64,000 bases of DNA from positions 100 to 64,099 of the forward strand of contig CAZAQS010000002.1 of NCBI GenBank assembly GCA_964486825.1. Direction: 5' to 3'. Position 1 is the stretch's first letter. Each line of letters starts with the position of its first letter. This stretch comes from an uncultured Anaerolineaceae bacterium. GTDB lineage: Bacteria > Chloroflexota > Anaerolineae > Anaerolineales > UBA4823. The position numbers and the translations under genes are program-made. The notes under the pieces are model-generated. The model did no database searches and was not told the DNA's origin. It was given only the letters and a program-made list of their open reading frames with translations. Positions 44,562-54,618 of this stretch are shown in pieces.

Positions 44562-45434
44562 TTATGTATACTCTACTTGCCCGTCTCGTAGGGTCATCAC
44601 CCGGCGCCGGTATGCCCAGCACATATAGGAAATGGAAACGAAGAAGCTAGCTGGCAGGCGGTTGAGGCTGGTGATGCGGGTTCCCAATAAGGTGGTCGCT
44701 CCACCAAAGCCCATTGGCCCGATGCCTAGCTCGTTCGCTTCCGAGGTCAGCCGTTCTTCGAGCTCTGCTAGTTGGGGTACCTGGTTCGGCTCGTCCATGT
44801 TCCGGTATAGGACTTCTTTAGAGGCCATGTAGCTTGAGCCGCGGTCTCCGCCGATAGCAACTCCCAGGATGCCCGGCGCGCAGCCTTTACCCTGGGCCTT
44901 GTGGACTGCGTCCAGCACAGTCTTTCTTACACCCGCCAGGTCTCTTCCCGCCCCCAAGCGCGAATCCGGCAGGGAATATTGCGCTCCAACGTTCTCGCAA
45001 CCTCCGCCTTTAAGCATCAGCTCAATCCTAAGGGTATGCCCTTTTACTTCTTCGAAATGGATGCTGGGAAAGTGTTTCCCACCCAGGTTGTTGCCGCTGT
45101 TTTTGCCGGTCAGCGAGTCGACTGAGTTCGGCCTCAGATAGGAGCAGCGGGTGGCCTCTGCGACGCTTTCCTCGATCTGCTGGCGAAGCTGGCGGGTGCT
45201 CCAGCCAGCCGGGTGGTAAATGTAAAAGATAGGTGTGCCGGTGTCCTGGCAGATAGGGGTGGAGTTCTGCCTGGAAAGTTCGATATTCGCCAGGATGGTG
45301 TCCAGCGCGCCCCGGGCTGCCGATCCAGCTTCTTCCTGCTGGACGGCCTTCTGGAGCGCAGACTCAACATCGGGAGGCAGGTCCGTCGAGGCCAGGCGGA
45401 TTAATTCCAGGATTTGCGCCCTCAAATCTTGCAT
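44562..45434 (-). CDS. Class I (Fe-S) fumarate hydratase / tartrate dehydratase, alpha subunit
   Basis: 290 aa; CQDTGTPIF motif; adjacent to the beta subunit. Confidence 0.87.
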   Translation of the reverse strand: MQDLRAQILELIRLASTDLPPDVESALQKAVQQEEAGSAARGALDTILANIELSRQNSTPICQDTGTPIFYIYHPAGWSTRQLRQQIEESVAEATRCSYLRPNSVDSLTGKNSGNNLGGKHFPSIHFEEVKGHTLRIELMLKGGGCENVGAQYSLPDSRLGAGRDLAGVRKTVLDAVHKAQGKGCAPGILGVAIGGDRGSSYMASKEVLYRNMDEPNQVPQLAELEERLTSEANELGIGPMGFGGATTLLGTRITSLNRLPASFFVSISYMCWAYRRRVMTLRDGQVEYT

Positions 45435-45624
45435 ATTTCCTCCTTTTTACACTGGTAACGTTCTCCTTTATCCTAATCTTACAAGAATTACGCACAAAAG
45501 CGAGTGACAAAGCGCCTCTTGATCTGGGAAGGGCGTCATCATTAATTCAAGGACGGAGGAGCACTTCAAAGACTTGCCGGATGGGAAGTTTGTCGAGAAA
45601 AAATAAAAGCCATCAGCCAGGAAT

Positions 45625-48117
45625 ATGGTACACTCGCGGGCAATGGATGAGAAGACCCTGCACACACTCGAATATTTTAAAATCCTGGACCGGCTGGCAG
45701 ATTATACCGCCTTTGCTGGTTCCCGTGACTTAGCCCTGGCCCTCCGCCCAACCAGTGATATTTTTGAGGCTCGTATGCGCCAGGCGGATACTGGCGAGGC
45801 CGTACGATTCCTGTCCACCCGCCCCGATTTCAGTATCGGTGGCGTGCGCGATGTGCGCGCCCCCGTAAATTTGGCCAGCCATGGCGGCGTGCTTACACCG
45901 GGTGAGCTGCTGGATATCAAATCTACATTGGTGGCTGCTCGCAATATCGCGCGCGCCTTCGAGCACTTCAAGGTGGAATTTCCAAATCTTTCATCGATTG
46001 TAGGACAGCTCCCACCCCCGGTAGGTCTGGTTGATTCCATCTCCCGGGCTATCTCTGACCGGGGCGATATCCTCGATTCGGCTTCTCCCAAGCTGGGTAC
46101 CATCCGCCGCGACATCCGCGTCGCCCACGACCGGTTGATGTCCAAGCTCCAACGCATGGTGGGTGATCCGAACACCAGCTCGTATTTGCAAGACGCTATT
46201 ATCACGCAGCGTGATGGACGCTACGTGCTGCCATTGCGATCCGAGTTCAAGGGGCGCATCAAGTCCATCGTCCACGACCAGTCCGCCTCTGGGGCAACCT
46301 TGTTCGTAGAGCCGATCGCGGTGGTTGAGCTGAACAACCAATACCGTGAGCTTCAGCTCGCCGAGCGAGACGAAGAGCGGCGTATCCTGGCGGAGCTGTC
46401 TTCCCAGGTCGGCTCCCATTCAGCCGAGATCCAGAAGGTGATAGAGATCGTAGCTGCCCTCGATCTGGCCCTGGCCTGTGCCAAGTACGCCGAAGATACA
46501 GCCTCTAGCGAACCCGTTTTGCATTCTTTACGGGAGCGCCGGCAGCAAGCTCATAAAACGAGGGCTTCTGAGTGGGTGAAGGCTGAGGCTGGCGCTCATC
46601 CAGGTAGCCTGATCCGCCTGTTCCAGGCCCGTCACCCGCTGCTTGACCCGAATACGGTGGTGCCGATCGATGTCGAGCTGGACCCCCAAACCTACGCCAT
46701 GATCATTACCGGCCCGAACACCGGTGGTAAAACGGTGACTTTGAAGACGGTCGGTTTGCTGGCCCTGATGGCACAGTCCGGACTGCATATCCCGGCTCAT
46801 TCTGGATCCGAGATCAGCCTGTTTGAGGAAATTTATGCCGATATCGGTGATGAGCAATCCATCGAACAGTCCCTGTCCACTTTCTCCGGCCATATCACCA
46901 ATATCATCCGCATCCTTAAGCAGGCCGATCGAGAATCCCTGGTCATCCTGGATGAATTGGGCGCGGGCACAGACCCTCAGGAAGGCGCTGCCCTGGCGCG
47001 AGCCATCCTGGACCACCTGCTGGAGCGAGGCATTACCACCCTGGTGACAACCCACCACCCAGAGCTGAAGACCTACGCCCACAGCACTCCTGGCGTGGTC
47101 AATGCCAGCGTTGAGTTTGATTTAGAAACCTTAAGACCTACCTTCCACCTGACCGTTGGGCTACCCGGCCGCTCCAATGCCCTATCCATCGCCCAACGCC
47201 TGGGTCTCCCGGCTCCTATAATTGAATCTGCCCGCTCAGGGCTCAGCCTTGAGGATTTGCGGGCTGAGGATATGTTGGACGAGATCCATCGCCAACGGGA
47301 TGTTTCCCGCCGCGCCCGTGCGGAAGCAGAGCGGCTTCGCAAGGAAGCCGAGGCCTTGCGTCTCGACCTGTCTCTGCGTCTGGAAAAGATCGATGAAGAG
47401 CGACGCCAGGTGCTAAGCGAAGCCAGGCGGGAAGCTGAAAACCAGTTGATGGAGCTCCAGGATGAAATCCGTCGCTTGCGGTCTGCGCTGTCTCGCGCCC
47501 GCCAACCCCTTGAAGTGATCGAATCGATCGAGCAGGAGATCGAGGACCTGGAAGAGGTGCTTGAACAGCCGGTAGAGCGGCTCGACCCCGATCTTCCCGG
47601 TCGTGAAGAACCGCGACCCCTGCGCCCGGGCGACAAGGTTTACCTGCGAACCCTCAAGACCCAGGGAGTGCTTACCTCTTTGTCAGAGGATGAGGTCGAA
47701 GTTCAGGTTGGTGTACTGCGCGTCCGAGCCCGCCTGGATGAGCTGGAGCCGGCTGGAGCTGCTGTTCAGGTCACTATCCCGGGTGTTCAGCAGTCGTCTC
47801 GAGCACGGGTCCGTAAAGCGGCAGAAAATGTATCTCGCCAGCCAGTTGAGGTTCCACCGCCTGTCTCACCGGGTATCGAGCTTGACCTGCGCGGACAGCG
47901 AGCAGAAGAGGCTCTTGACGCCCTGGACCGTTACCTGGACGCTTCCTACCTGGCAGGCTTACCGTTTGTGCGCATCATTCACGGCAAAGGCACAGGCAGG
48001 CTGCGCCAATCGGTGCGAGAGGCCCTATCCCATCACCCGCACGTAAGCTCCTACGAAGCAGGTGGGGATAAGGAGGGCGGCGACGGAGTAACTGTTGCCA
48101 GATTGAGGACCAGTTGA
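45625..48117 (+). CDS. mutS2: Endonuclease MutS2
   Basis: Walker A GPNTGGKTV; MutS domain V; long coiled coil; C-terminal Smr domain (LDLRGQRAEEAL...IIHGKGTGRLR). Confidence 0.92.
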   Translation: MVHSRAMDEKTLHTLEYFKILDRLADYTAFAGSRDLALALRPTSDIFEARMRQADTGEAVRFLSTRPDFSIGGVRDVRAPVNLASHGGVLTPGELLDIKSTLVAARNIARAFEHFKVEFPNLSSIVGQLPPPVGLVDSISRAISDRGDILDSASPKLGTIRRDIRVAHDRLMSKLQRMVGDPNTSSYLQDAIITQRDGRYVLPLRSEFKGRIKSIVHDQSASGATLFVEPIAVVELNNQYRELQLAERDEERRILAELSSQVGSHSAEIQKVIEIVAALDLALACAKYAEDTASSEPVLHSLRERRQQAHKTRASEWVKAEAGAHPGSLIRLFQARHPLLDPNTVVPIDVELDPQTYAMIITGPNTGGKTVTLKTVGLLALMAQSGLHIPAHSGSEISLFEEIYADIGDEQSIEQSLSTFSGHITNIIRILKQADRESLVILDELGAGTDPQEGAALARAILDHLLERGITTLVTTHHPELKTYAHSTPGVVNASVEFDLETLRPTFHLTVGLPGRSNALSIAQRLGLPAPIIESARSGLSLEDLRAEDMLDEIHRQRDVSRRARAEAERLRKEAEALRLDLSLRLEKIDEERRQVLSEARREAENQLMELQDEIRRLRSALSRARQPLEVIESIEQEIEDLEEVLEQPVERLDPDLPGREEPRPLRPGDKVYLRTLKTQGVLTSLSEDEVEVQVGVLRVRARLDELEPAGAAVQVTIPGVQQSSRARVRKAAENVSRQPVEVPPPVSPGIELDLRGQRAEEALDALDRYLDASYLAGLPFVRIIHGKGTGRLRQSVREALSHHPHVSSYEAGGDKEGGDGVTVARLRTS

Positions 48118-49524
48118 ATGCCCCCACTCATAAATGCTGTTCTAATCGGCGCCGGACAGCGCGGCGCAGAAGCATTCGGCCCGTACGCTTTAGAATATCC
48201 GGATCGCCTGCGCTTCGTGGCTGTCGCAGAGCCCGACCCTGCTCGCAGGGTTGACTTCGCTGCCCAGCATCATATCCCTACAGAAGGCCACTTTGAAAGC
48301 TGGGAATCCCTTCTGAGCAAGCCGGCGATGGGACAGGCGGCCCTGGTTTGCACACCGGATCGTGAGCATTACGGGCCAGCCCTGGCTGCCTTACAGGCCG
48401 GATATCACGTGTTGCTTGAAAAGCCGATGGCTTCCACAGAAGATGAATGTCGCAGATTGGTAGATGCGGCAGGTAGCTCTGGACAGCAATTGCACGTGGC
48501 CCATGTCCTGCGCTATACACGCCATTTTCAAAAGATGCGTGAGCTTATCCATTCTGGCGTGTTGGGTGATATCGTTAACGTCTCGCATCGCGAGAACGTT
48601 TCCTGGTGGCATATGGCTCATAGCTATGTGCGCGGTAATTGGGCCGATGCGGCCGAGAGCAGTCCAATGATACTGGCGAAATGCTGCCATGATTTCGATA
48701 TCCTGGTCTGGTTGCTAGGCCGGGACTGCGAATCCTTGAGCAGTTTTGGAAGCCTGATCCATTTCAGGCCGGAGAATGCGCCAGAGGGGGCTACCGCTTA
48801 CTGCCTGGATGGGTGTCCGGCGGCCGATAGCTGCCCGTATTATGCTCCATTTATATATATCGATCTAATACCTTTAATGCGTTCCTTCGCCGGTACGGCT
48901 CCCCGGCTGCCAGGCTTACTGGCGCAGGCCCGGGAAAAAACTCCTGGCCTGGTGAAAACGCTCAGCCTGGTTGTGCCATCCTTGCGCCAGGCGGTCGATT
49001 ATCGTGGATGGCCACGTTCTGTTGTCAGCCGTGATCCGACCCCAGAGAACTTGCTGAAAGCCCTTCAGAAAGGCCCCTACGGGCGCTGTGTGTACCATTG
49101 TATGAACGATGTCGTCGATAACCAGGTCGTGGCGATGCAGTTCGAAGGAGGTCTTTCCGTCACGCTGACCATGCACGGCCATTCGCACCTGGAAGGTCGC
49201 ACGACCCGAATAGAGGCTTCGCGTGCTACTCTGATGGCTCATATGGGAGTGGGTGGTTCCTGGATCGAGGTGAATGAACACCGCAGCGACCGCTGCACTC
49301 GTTACAATACCAGTGCGCCTCTTGGAGAAGGACATGGCGGAGGCGATCGGGCTTTGCTGGAAGCCTTTTTGAAAAGTATCACCGGTGATGGGAAATCTGC
49401 ATTGAGCCTGGCTGACCAGGCTCTGGAGAGCCACCTGTTAGCCTTCGCTGCGGAGGTCTCCCGCCTGGGAAAGCAGGTGGTTGATATGCGCCAGTTTCGA
49501 GAAGGGTTAGAACCTAAGGATTGA
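48118..49524 (+). CDS. Gfo/Idh/MocA-family oxidoreductase
   Basis: N-terminal Rossmann VLIGAGQRG; EKPM motif; starts directly after the mutS2 stop (TGAATG). Confidence 0.87.
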   Translation: MPPLINAVLIGAGQRGAEAFGPYALEYPDRLRFVAVAEPDPARRVDFAAQHHIPTEGHFESWESLLSKPAMGQAALVCTPDREHYGPALAALQAGYHVLLEKPMASTEDECRRLVDAAGSSGQQLHVAHVLRYTRHFQKMRELIHSGVLGDIVNVSHRENVSWWHMAHSYVRGNWADAAESSPMILAKCCHDFDILVWLLGRDCESLSSFGSLIHFRPENAPEGATAYCLDGCPAADSCPYYAPFIYIDLIPLMRSFAGTAPRLPGLLAQAREKTPGLVKTLSLVVPSLRQAVDYRGWPRSVVSRDPTPENLLKALQKGPYGRCVYHCMNDVVDNQVVAMQFEGGLSVTLTMHGHSHLEGRTTRIEASRATLMAHMGVGGSWIEVNEHRSDRCTRYNTSAPLGEGHGGGDRALLEAFLKSITGDGKSALSLADQALESHLLAFAAEVSRLGKQVVDMRQFREGLEPKD

Positions 49525-49541
49525 TCTAGTCAGGAGGTCCC

Positions 49542-50786
49542 ATGCGGGAGGGCGGAAAGGTTGTCAAGGTCTTGTTGACACTCTTCGTATTGGCAAGCCT
49601 GCCGGCTTGTGGTGGCGCCTCCAGCATCCCTCGAGCAGTGGGTACACAACCTCCAGGCCCTTCAGCCAGCGTACCGCCAGCCACTGCCCCTGATTTACCG
49701 GCAGTCGTTACCGCTACCAGCATGCCTTCAAAGCTTGTGCTGACTCACACTCCCTCTCCTACTGCCACCCCGACTGCTTCGCCTGCAGTAATCCCAACCT
49801 CCGGCCCGCTGGCCTTCGAATTTGGGCCCTGGGACCACGTTCTAAGCCTGGCCTGGTCTCCGGAAGGCGACCTGTTGGCAGCCGGTGTTGGCCGTAAGGT
49901 CTACCTTTATAATTCCCTGGATCTATCCCAACCCCATATCCTGGAGACAGGCGGATGGGCCACCAGCCTGTCTTTTTCACCATCGCTGGCGCAGGCTTAT
50001 CCTGCTGGTCGCTTGCTGGCAATCTCATTGCGGGATGGGAGTGTGCAGATTTGGGACACCGGCACTCACCCGGGCGCTAGCGAAAGCCGCCCGATTTGCA
50101 AGTTGGAGGTCCACCGCAAGGGAGCCAACCAGGTCGCCTTCAGCCCGGATGGCCTGACCATGGCAACCACGGGTAATGATGCCATGGTACGCTTATGGGA
50201 TATCCCTGATTTGCTGGAGCAGGGCTCCTGTAAGCTCGAGCTCAGGGCCGAGATGATCGGAGGGGCGCGTTCGGTTCCTGATATCCAATTCCACCCGCAG
50301 GGGTTCAACCTGGCTTCAGTGGATCTGGCGTTGGTCCGCATCCGCGAGGTAGCCAGCCAACGCCTGGTGATCACCTTGCGCGCCGAGCAAATGCTGCGTA
50401 CGATTGCTTTTAACCGCACCGGAGATTTGCTGGCCTCAGGCGGGGTTGGGGACCAGGTCCAGGTCTGGCAAGTGGATTCTGGCGAGCTGCTCTACTCACT
50501 CCGCCTGGCGCCATCGATTACCCCCTCATCGAGTGCATTCGTTTGGGAATTGGCTTTCAGTCCGGACGGGGAATTTTTGGCCGCAGCCGCTAATGATGGG
50601 CGCATCCATTTATGGAAAATGGAGGGCGATTTTGTAGCAGGCGATGGGTATCCCTTTTTCGACTTCCAGGCCCACCAGCGCCCCGTGACCTGCCTGGCAT
50701 TCAGCCCGGATGGGAATATGCTTGCTTCTGGAAGCCTGGATGCTTCAATGCGGATCTGGACAATGGAGGAGATTTTTGGCCATTAA
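49542..50786 (+). CDS. WD40-repeat lipoprotein
   Basis: Lipobox LASLPAC; Pro/Thr linker; repeated ...SPDG..LA(S/T)...D..V(R/Q)(L/I)W motifs. Confidence 0.85.
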   Translation: MREGGKVVKVLLTLFVLASLPACGGASSIPRAVGTQPPGPSASVPPATAPDLPAVVTATSMPSKLVLTHTPSPTATPTASPAVIPTSGPLAFEFGPWDHVLSLAWSPEGDLLAAGVGRKVYLYNSLDLSQPHILETGGWATSLSFSPSLAQAYPAGRLLAISLRDGSVQIWDTGTHPGASESRPICKLEVHRKGANQVAFSPDGLTMATTGNDAMVRLWDIPDLLEQGSCKLELRAEMIGGARSVPDIQFHPQGFNLASVDLALVRIREVASQRLVITLRAEQMLRTIAFNRTGDLLASGGVGDQVQVWQVDSGELLYSLRLAPSITPSSSAFVWELAFSPDGEFLAAAANDGRIHLWKMEGDFVAGDGYPFFDFQAHQRPVTCLAFSPDGNMLASGSLDASMRIWTMEEIFGH

Positions 50787-50913
50787 AACAGCCTCCCGTA
50801 AGATCGCGAGGGCGTTCTTACGGGATTTTGCTGGGATTCAACCCTGAGGAGAGGACTCCCGAGCGTTCACTCGGGAGAAAAGAGAAGAGGAAAATTGCTC
50901 TATTCGTAGCGAA

Positions 50914-51141
50914 TTAAGCTTCTAGAAAAGGATCGTAGGCGGGGTTTGTGCCTGCCCAGATACAGCTTGGCCGGTTGTCCAGGTTGCATGCGAAGGCGTG
51001 CGAACAGCGGTGAGCCTTTACACGTGGTGGTTGGTCAGGAAGGATTTCGGCAGGGTAAATCACCTCTGCCTCCAGGCCTACTTCGCTACCTGCATGCTCG
51101 CAATACCGTACACGGATCACTTCCCAGGTCTTTACAGCCAT
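50914..51141 (-). CDS. Small Cys/His-rich protein (75 aa)
   Basis: AAGGAG RBS 6 nt before ATG 51141; CEH...HRCSH..C...C pattern; no family recognised. Confidence 0.55.
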   Translation of the reverse strand: MAVKTWEVIRVRYCEHAGSEVGLEAEVIYPAEILPDQPPRVKAHRCSHAFACNLDNRPSCIWAGTNPAYDPFLEA

Positions 51142-51561
51142 TTCGATCTCCTTAGGGTTTATCACTTAACTTTGCCGTTCGTGGTTAATTGCTTAACGAA
51201 TCGGGATGGAACGATTCCAGGTTTACCGGCGCAGTGTTTTTATGATATTATCGAGAGTATACTCCCTCTCGGGTAGCGCGAATAGTGTCAGGTGTCAGGT
51301 GTTAAAGTAGACAAAAAACCCCTTTATGGGTGACAACAAGAAGGGAATCCTGAATTCGGGACACAATTTGCTGATTCCGGATGAACCCAGGTGAAATAAT
51401 GAACCTTTGGAAGCATGATATAGTATAATCAGAAACTAATTTTTCTCCCTTGCCTAAGGAAAGGAGGTGCGTCCCCGGGGATATCCAATCTAACACTAGC
51501 ATCCTAGTTTCCAGCAAGTAGCAAGTTTCAACAAATCAGTTACTTCAATCTTGGAGGAGAG

Positions 51562-53361
51562 ATGAAACCCAAACCGTTTTACGTTGTCATCGCGGTTTTT
51601 GTGATGGCGAGCATGTTGCTGGCGGCTTGTGCACCAGCTGCAACCCCCGAAGCGCCGGCGCCCGCTCCAGTTGAACCCGAAGCCCCTGCTGCTCCGGCCG
51701 ACACGCCGGTTCCCGCAGCGCCTGAGCCAACCGAGCCTGCTGAACCCGCCGAACCGACCGAGCCAACCGAACCCCCGATGGAATTTGAAGGGATGACGGT
51801 TAGCGCAGACAACTGCGATTACGGTGGTAAGATCTTGGATATCACCGCTGTGGACGAATTGACTGTCCAGTTTAACCTGTGCAAGCCCGACCCGGCCTTC
51901 CTGGCCAAGGTCGCCTTTACTCCCTTTGGAATTCAACCTGCTGAATATTTAGAAGAAGTAGCCGGGACCACCCAGCTTCTCGAGGCGCCTATCGGCACCG
52001 GCCCTTACCGCCTGGAGCGATGGGACCGTGGCAACCAGATCGTATACCAACGTTTCGATGATTATTGGGGCGATCCTGCCAGGGCCGCTACCGCCGTCCT
52101 GCGTTGGAATCAGGAGGGCGCTGCCCGCCTGCTCGAGCTGCAGTCCGGCACCGTACATATGATTACCAATGTCAGCCCGGACGATTTCGAGGTTGTGGAG
52201 AACGATCCAAACCTGGATCTCATCATCGATGAAAACCCCAATATCTTTTATCTGGGTTGGACGAACACCTTCGAGCCCTGGGATGACCCGCTTGTTCGCC
52301 AGGCTCTGGCAATCGGCATCGACCGCCAGCGTATTGTCGACAACTTCTATCCTGCTGGCTCCGAAGTTTCTGGATACTTTACCCCCTGCTCTATCCCGAA
52401 CGGTTGCCAGGGTGAAGCCTGGTATGATTTCGATGCAGAGCAAGCTCGCGCGCTGCTGGCTGAAGCCGGTTACCCCAACGGTTTCACGACCTCCATTTAC
52501 TACCGGGACGTCTTCCGAGTTTACCTGCCTGAGCCCGGTCGAGTTGCAGAGGAAATCCAGGCTCAACTGGCGCAAAACCTGAATATCACTGCTGAAGTTG
52601 TCGTGATGGAGTCTGGTGAGTTCATCGCCGCATCCACCGACGGGCAGTTGGAAGGCCTGTACCTGCTCGGTTGGGGCGCCGATTACCCGCACGTGACCAA
52701 CTTCCTCGACTTCCACTTTGGGGCCGCTAACCCGCAATTCGGTGACCCGTTCCCCGAGATCTATGAGGTGCTCGAGCGCGCTTCACAGGTCGCTGACGAA
52801 GACGAAGCTGCTCCTCTGTACGAAGAGGCCAACAACGCCATCCGCGAGCTGATCCCCATGGTGCCCATTGCCCACGGCGCTTCCGCGGATGCGGCCCTGG
52901 CTACCTTGGGCGGCGCTTATGTCCCGCCCTTCGGCGCCACCATGCTGTCCGAGCTCGAGCCGGCTGACGGGGATACGGTCGTCTTCATGCAGAATAACGA
53001 GCCCATCAGCCTGTTCTGCGCTGACGAGACCGATGGTGAGTCCCTACGGCCTTGCCAACAGGTGGTCGAAACCCTGCTGCAATACGGCAAGGACACTGGC
53101 GATACCTTCCCCCTGCTGGCCACCTCCTGCGAAAGCAATGAAGACGCTACCGTCTGGACCTGCTTCCTGCGCGAGGGCGTCCTGTTCCACGATGGCTCCT
53201 CCCTCGACGCTAATGACGTCGTCGCCACCTGGGCGGTTGGAATCGATGCTTCCAATCCTCAACATTGCCCGGCGGCTCAAGGTGGACAATGTGTCGCCAA
53301 CACCGGTGGTTTTGACTACTATGCCTACCTGTGGGATAACTTGATGAACCTGCCTGAATAA
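51562..53361 (+). CDS. ABC transporter substrate-binding lipoprotein, family 5 (peptide/nickel type)
   Basis: Lipobox LLAAC; Pro/Glu/Thr linker; SBP_bac_5-type body (GTGPYRLERWDRGNQIVYQRFDDYWG). Confidence 0.9.
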   Translation: MKPKPFYVVIAVFVMASMLLAACAPAATPEAPAPAPVEPEAPAAPADTPVPAAPEPTEPAEPAEPTEPTEPPMEFEGMTVSADNCDYGGKILDITAVDELTVQFNLCKPDPAFLAKVAFTPFGIQPAEYLEEVAGTTQLLEAPIGTGPYRLERWDRGNQIVYQRFDDYWGDPARAATAVLRWNQEGAARLLELQSGTVHMITNVSPDDFEVVENDPNLDLIIDENPNIFYLGWTNTFEPWDDPLVRQALAIGIDRQRIVDNFYPAGSEVSGYFTPCSIPNGCQGEAWYDFDAEQARALLAEAGYPNGFTTSIYYRDVFRVYLPEPGRVAEEIQAQLAQNLNITAEVVVMESGEFIAASTDGQLEGLYLLGWGADYPHVTNFLDFHFGAANPQFGDPFPEIYEVLERASQVADEDEAAPLYEEANNAIRELIPMVPIAHGASADAALATLGGAYVPPFGATMLSELEPADGDTVVFMQNNEPISLFCADETDGESLRPCQQVVETLLQYGKDTGDTFPLLATSCESNEDATVWTCFLREGVLFHDGSSLDANDVVATWAVGIDASNPQHCPAAQGGQCVANTGGFDYYAYLWDNLMNLPE

Positions 53362-53530
53362 GGCCATCGATAGAATTAACAACTCAAGTTTTATAGCAAG
53401 TATAATGAAAGTGCGGGATGGCCAGAATATGTAAGACGCCTGTGCCATCCCGCACTCTTGAAAACTCAAGTATGAATTTCAAAACCTTCCTAATTTGATA
53501 AGAAGTATCTAGTATAGAGATTGAGGAAAG

Positions 53531-54610
53531 ATGGCTCAATACATCATTCGAAGGATCTTGCTCGCCATACCGGTTATTATCGGTATCCTGATTGTGACCT
53601 TTGCGATGGCGCGCCTGATCCCTGGAGATCCCTGCCGTGCTATCCTGGGAGAGAAAGCCACCCAGGCTGCTTGCGAAAGGTTCACAAGAGAATTCGGCTT
53701 AGACCAGCCAATCCCGGTCCAGTTCTGGATCTATATCAAAGACCTGGCTCGAGGAGATTTTGGTGATTCGATCCGTTTCGGCCGTCCAATCACCACCATC
53801 CTGATCGAGAGGCTGCCCTTGACCATCGAGCTGGGTTCGATCGCTCTACTTATTGCAGTCAGCATTGGTGTTCCATTGGGGATTCTCTCGGCAGTGCGCA
53901 GGAATTCGCTGGTCGATGTATTTACCATGATCGGGGCCAATATTGGGGTGTCCATGCCTGTATATTGGTTGGGATTAATGCTGGCCTATGTGTTTGCGCT
54001 TCTGCTCAGAGATACCCCATTTTGGCTTCCACCGACAGGGCGTTTGACTGCCGGGTTATCGCCCACGCCTTTCTACCAGGTATACGATCTGGAGATCGCG
54101 CGTGATTCCTTCCTATACGGCGCCAGCCAGTTTATTTCGAATATGTATATCCTTAATTCCATTATCACTCGGAATTGGGTCATCTTTAAGGATGCAATTC
54201 GACATCTGATCTTGCCCTCGTTGGCGCTTAGCACCATCCCGCTGGCGATCATTGCCCGGATGACTCGCTCCAGTATGCTGGAGGTCTTGAAGCAAGACTA
54301 TATCCGTACCGCGCGCGCCAAGGGTCTGCTTGAAAAATCGGTCGTCTTGAAGCATGCTTTCCGCAATGCGATGCTCCCTGTCGTCACGATTGTGGGGCTA
54401 CAAGTTGGGGCGTTGTTTGCGGGCGCCGTCCTAACCGAGACTATTTTCGGCCTGGCCGGTGTGGGTCGCATGCTGTTCGAAGGCATTACCGCGCGTGACT
54501 TCCCCATCATCCAAGGCTTCACCATTGTGATTGCGGTCAGTTATGTCTTTATTAACTTGTTGATCGACCTTTCATATATCTTCATTGACCCGCGTATCCG
54601 GCTGGATTGA
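53531..54610 (+). CDS. ABC transporter permease (DppB/OppB-like)
   Basis: N-terminus YIIRRILLAIPVIIGILIVTFAM; EAA-loop region YIRTARAKGL. Confidence 0.9.
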   Translation: MAQYIIRRILLAIPVIIGILIVTFAMARLIPGDPCRAILGEKATQAACERFTREFGLDQPIPVQFWIYIKDLARGDFGDSIRFGRPITTILIERLPLTIELGSIALLIAVSIGVPLGILSAVRRNSLVDVFTMIGANIGVSMPVYWLGLMLAYVFALLLRDTPFWLPPTGRLTAGLSPTPFYQVYDLEIARDSFLYGASQFISNMYILNSIITRNWVIFKDAIRHLILPSLALSTIPLAIIARMTRSSMLEVLKQDYIRTARAKGLLEKSVVLKHAFRNAMLPVVTIVGLQVGALFAGAVLTETIFGLAGVGRMLFEGITARDFPIIQGFTIVIAVSYVFINLLIDLSYIFIDPRIRLD

Positions 54611-54618
54611 GAGTGATT

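Noticed and set aside
51640-51780. Short periodic nucleotide repeats (GAACC/GAGCC units); similar runs occur at 42690-42800, 36060-36200, 62640-62800 and 63800-63960
   Set aside because: They encode Pro/Thr/Glu/Ala-rich interdomain linkers of secreted proteins. They have no spacer-repeat organisation, so they are not CRISPR arrays or non-coding tandem repeats.
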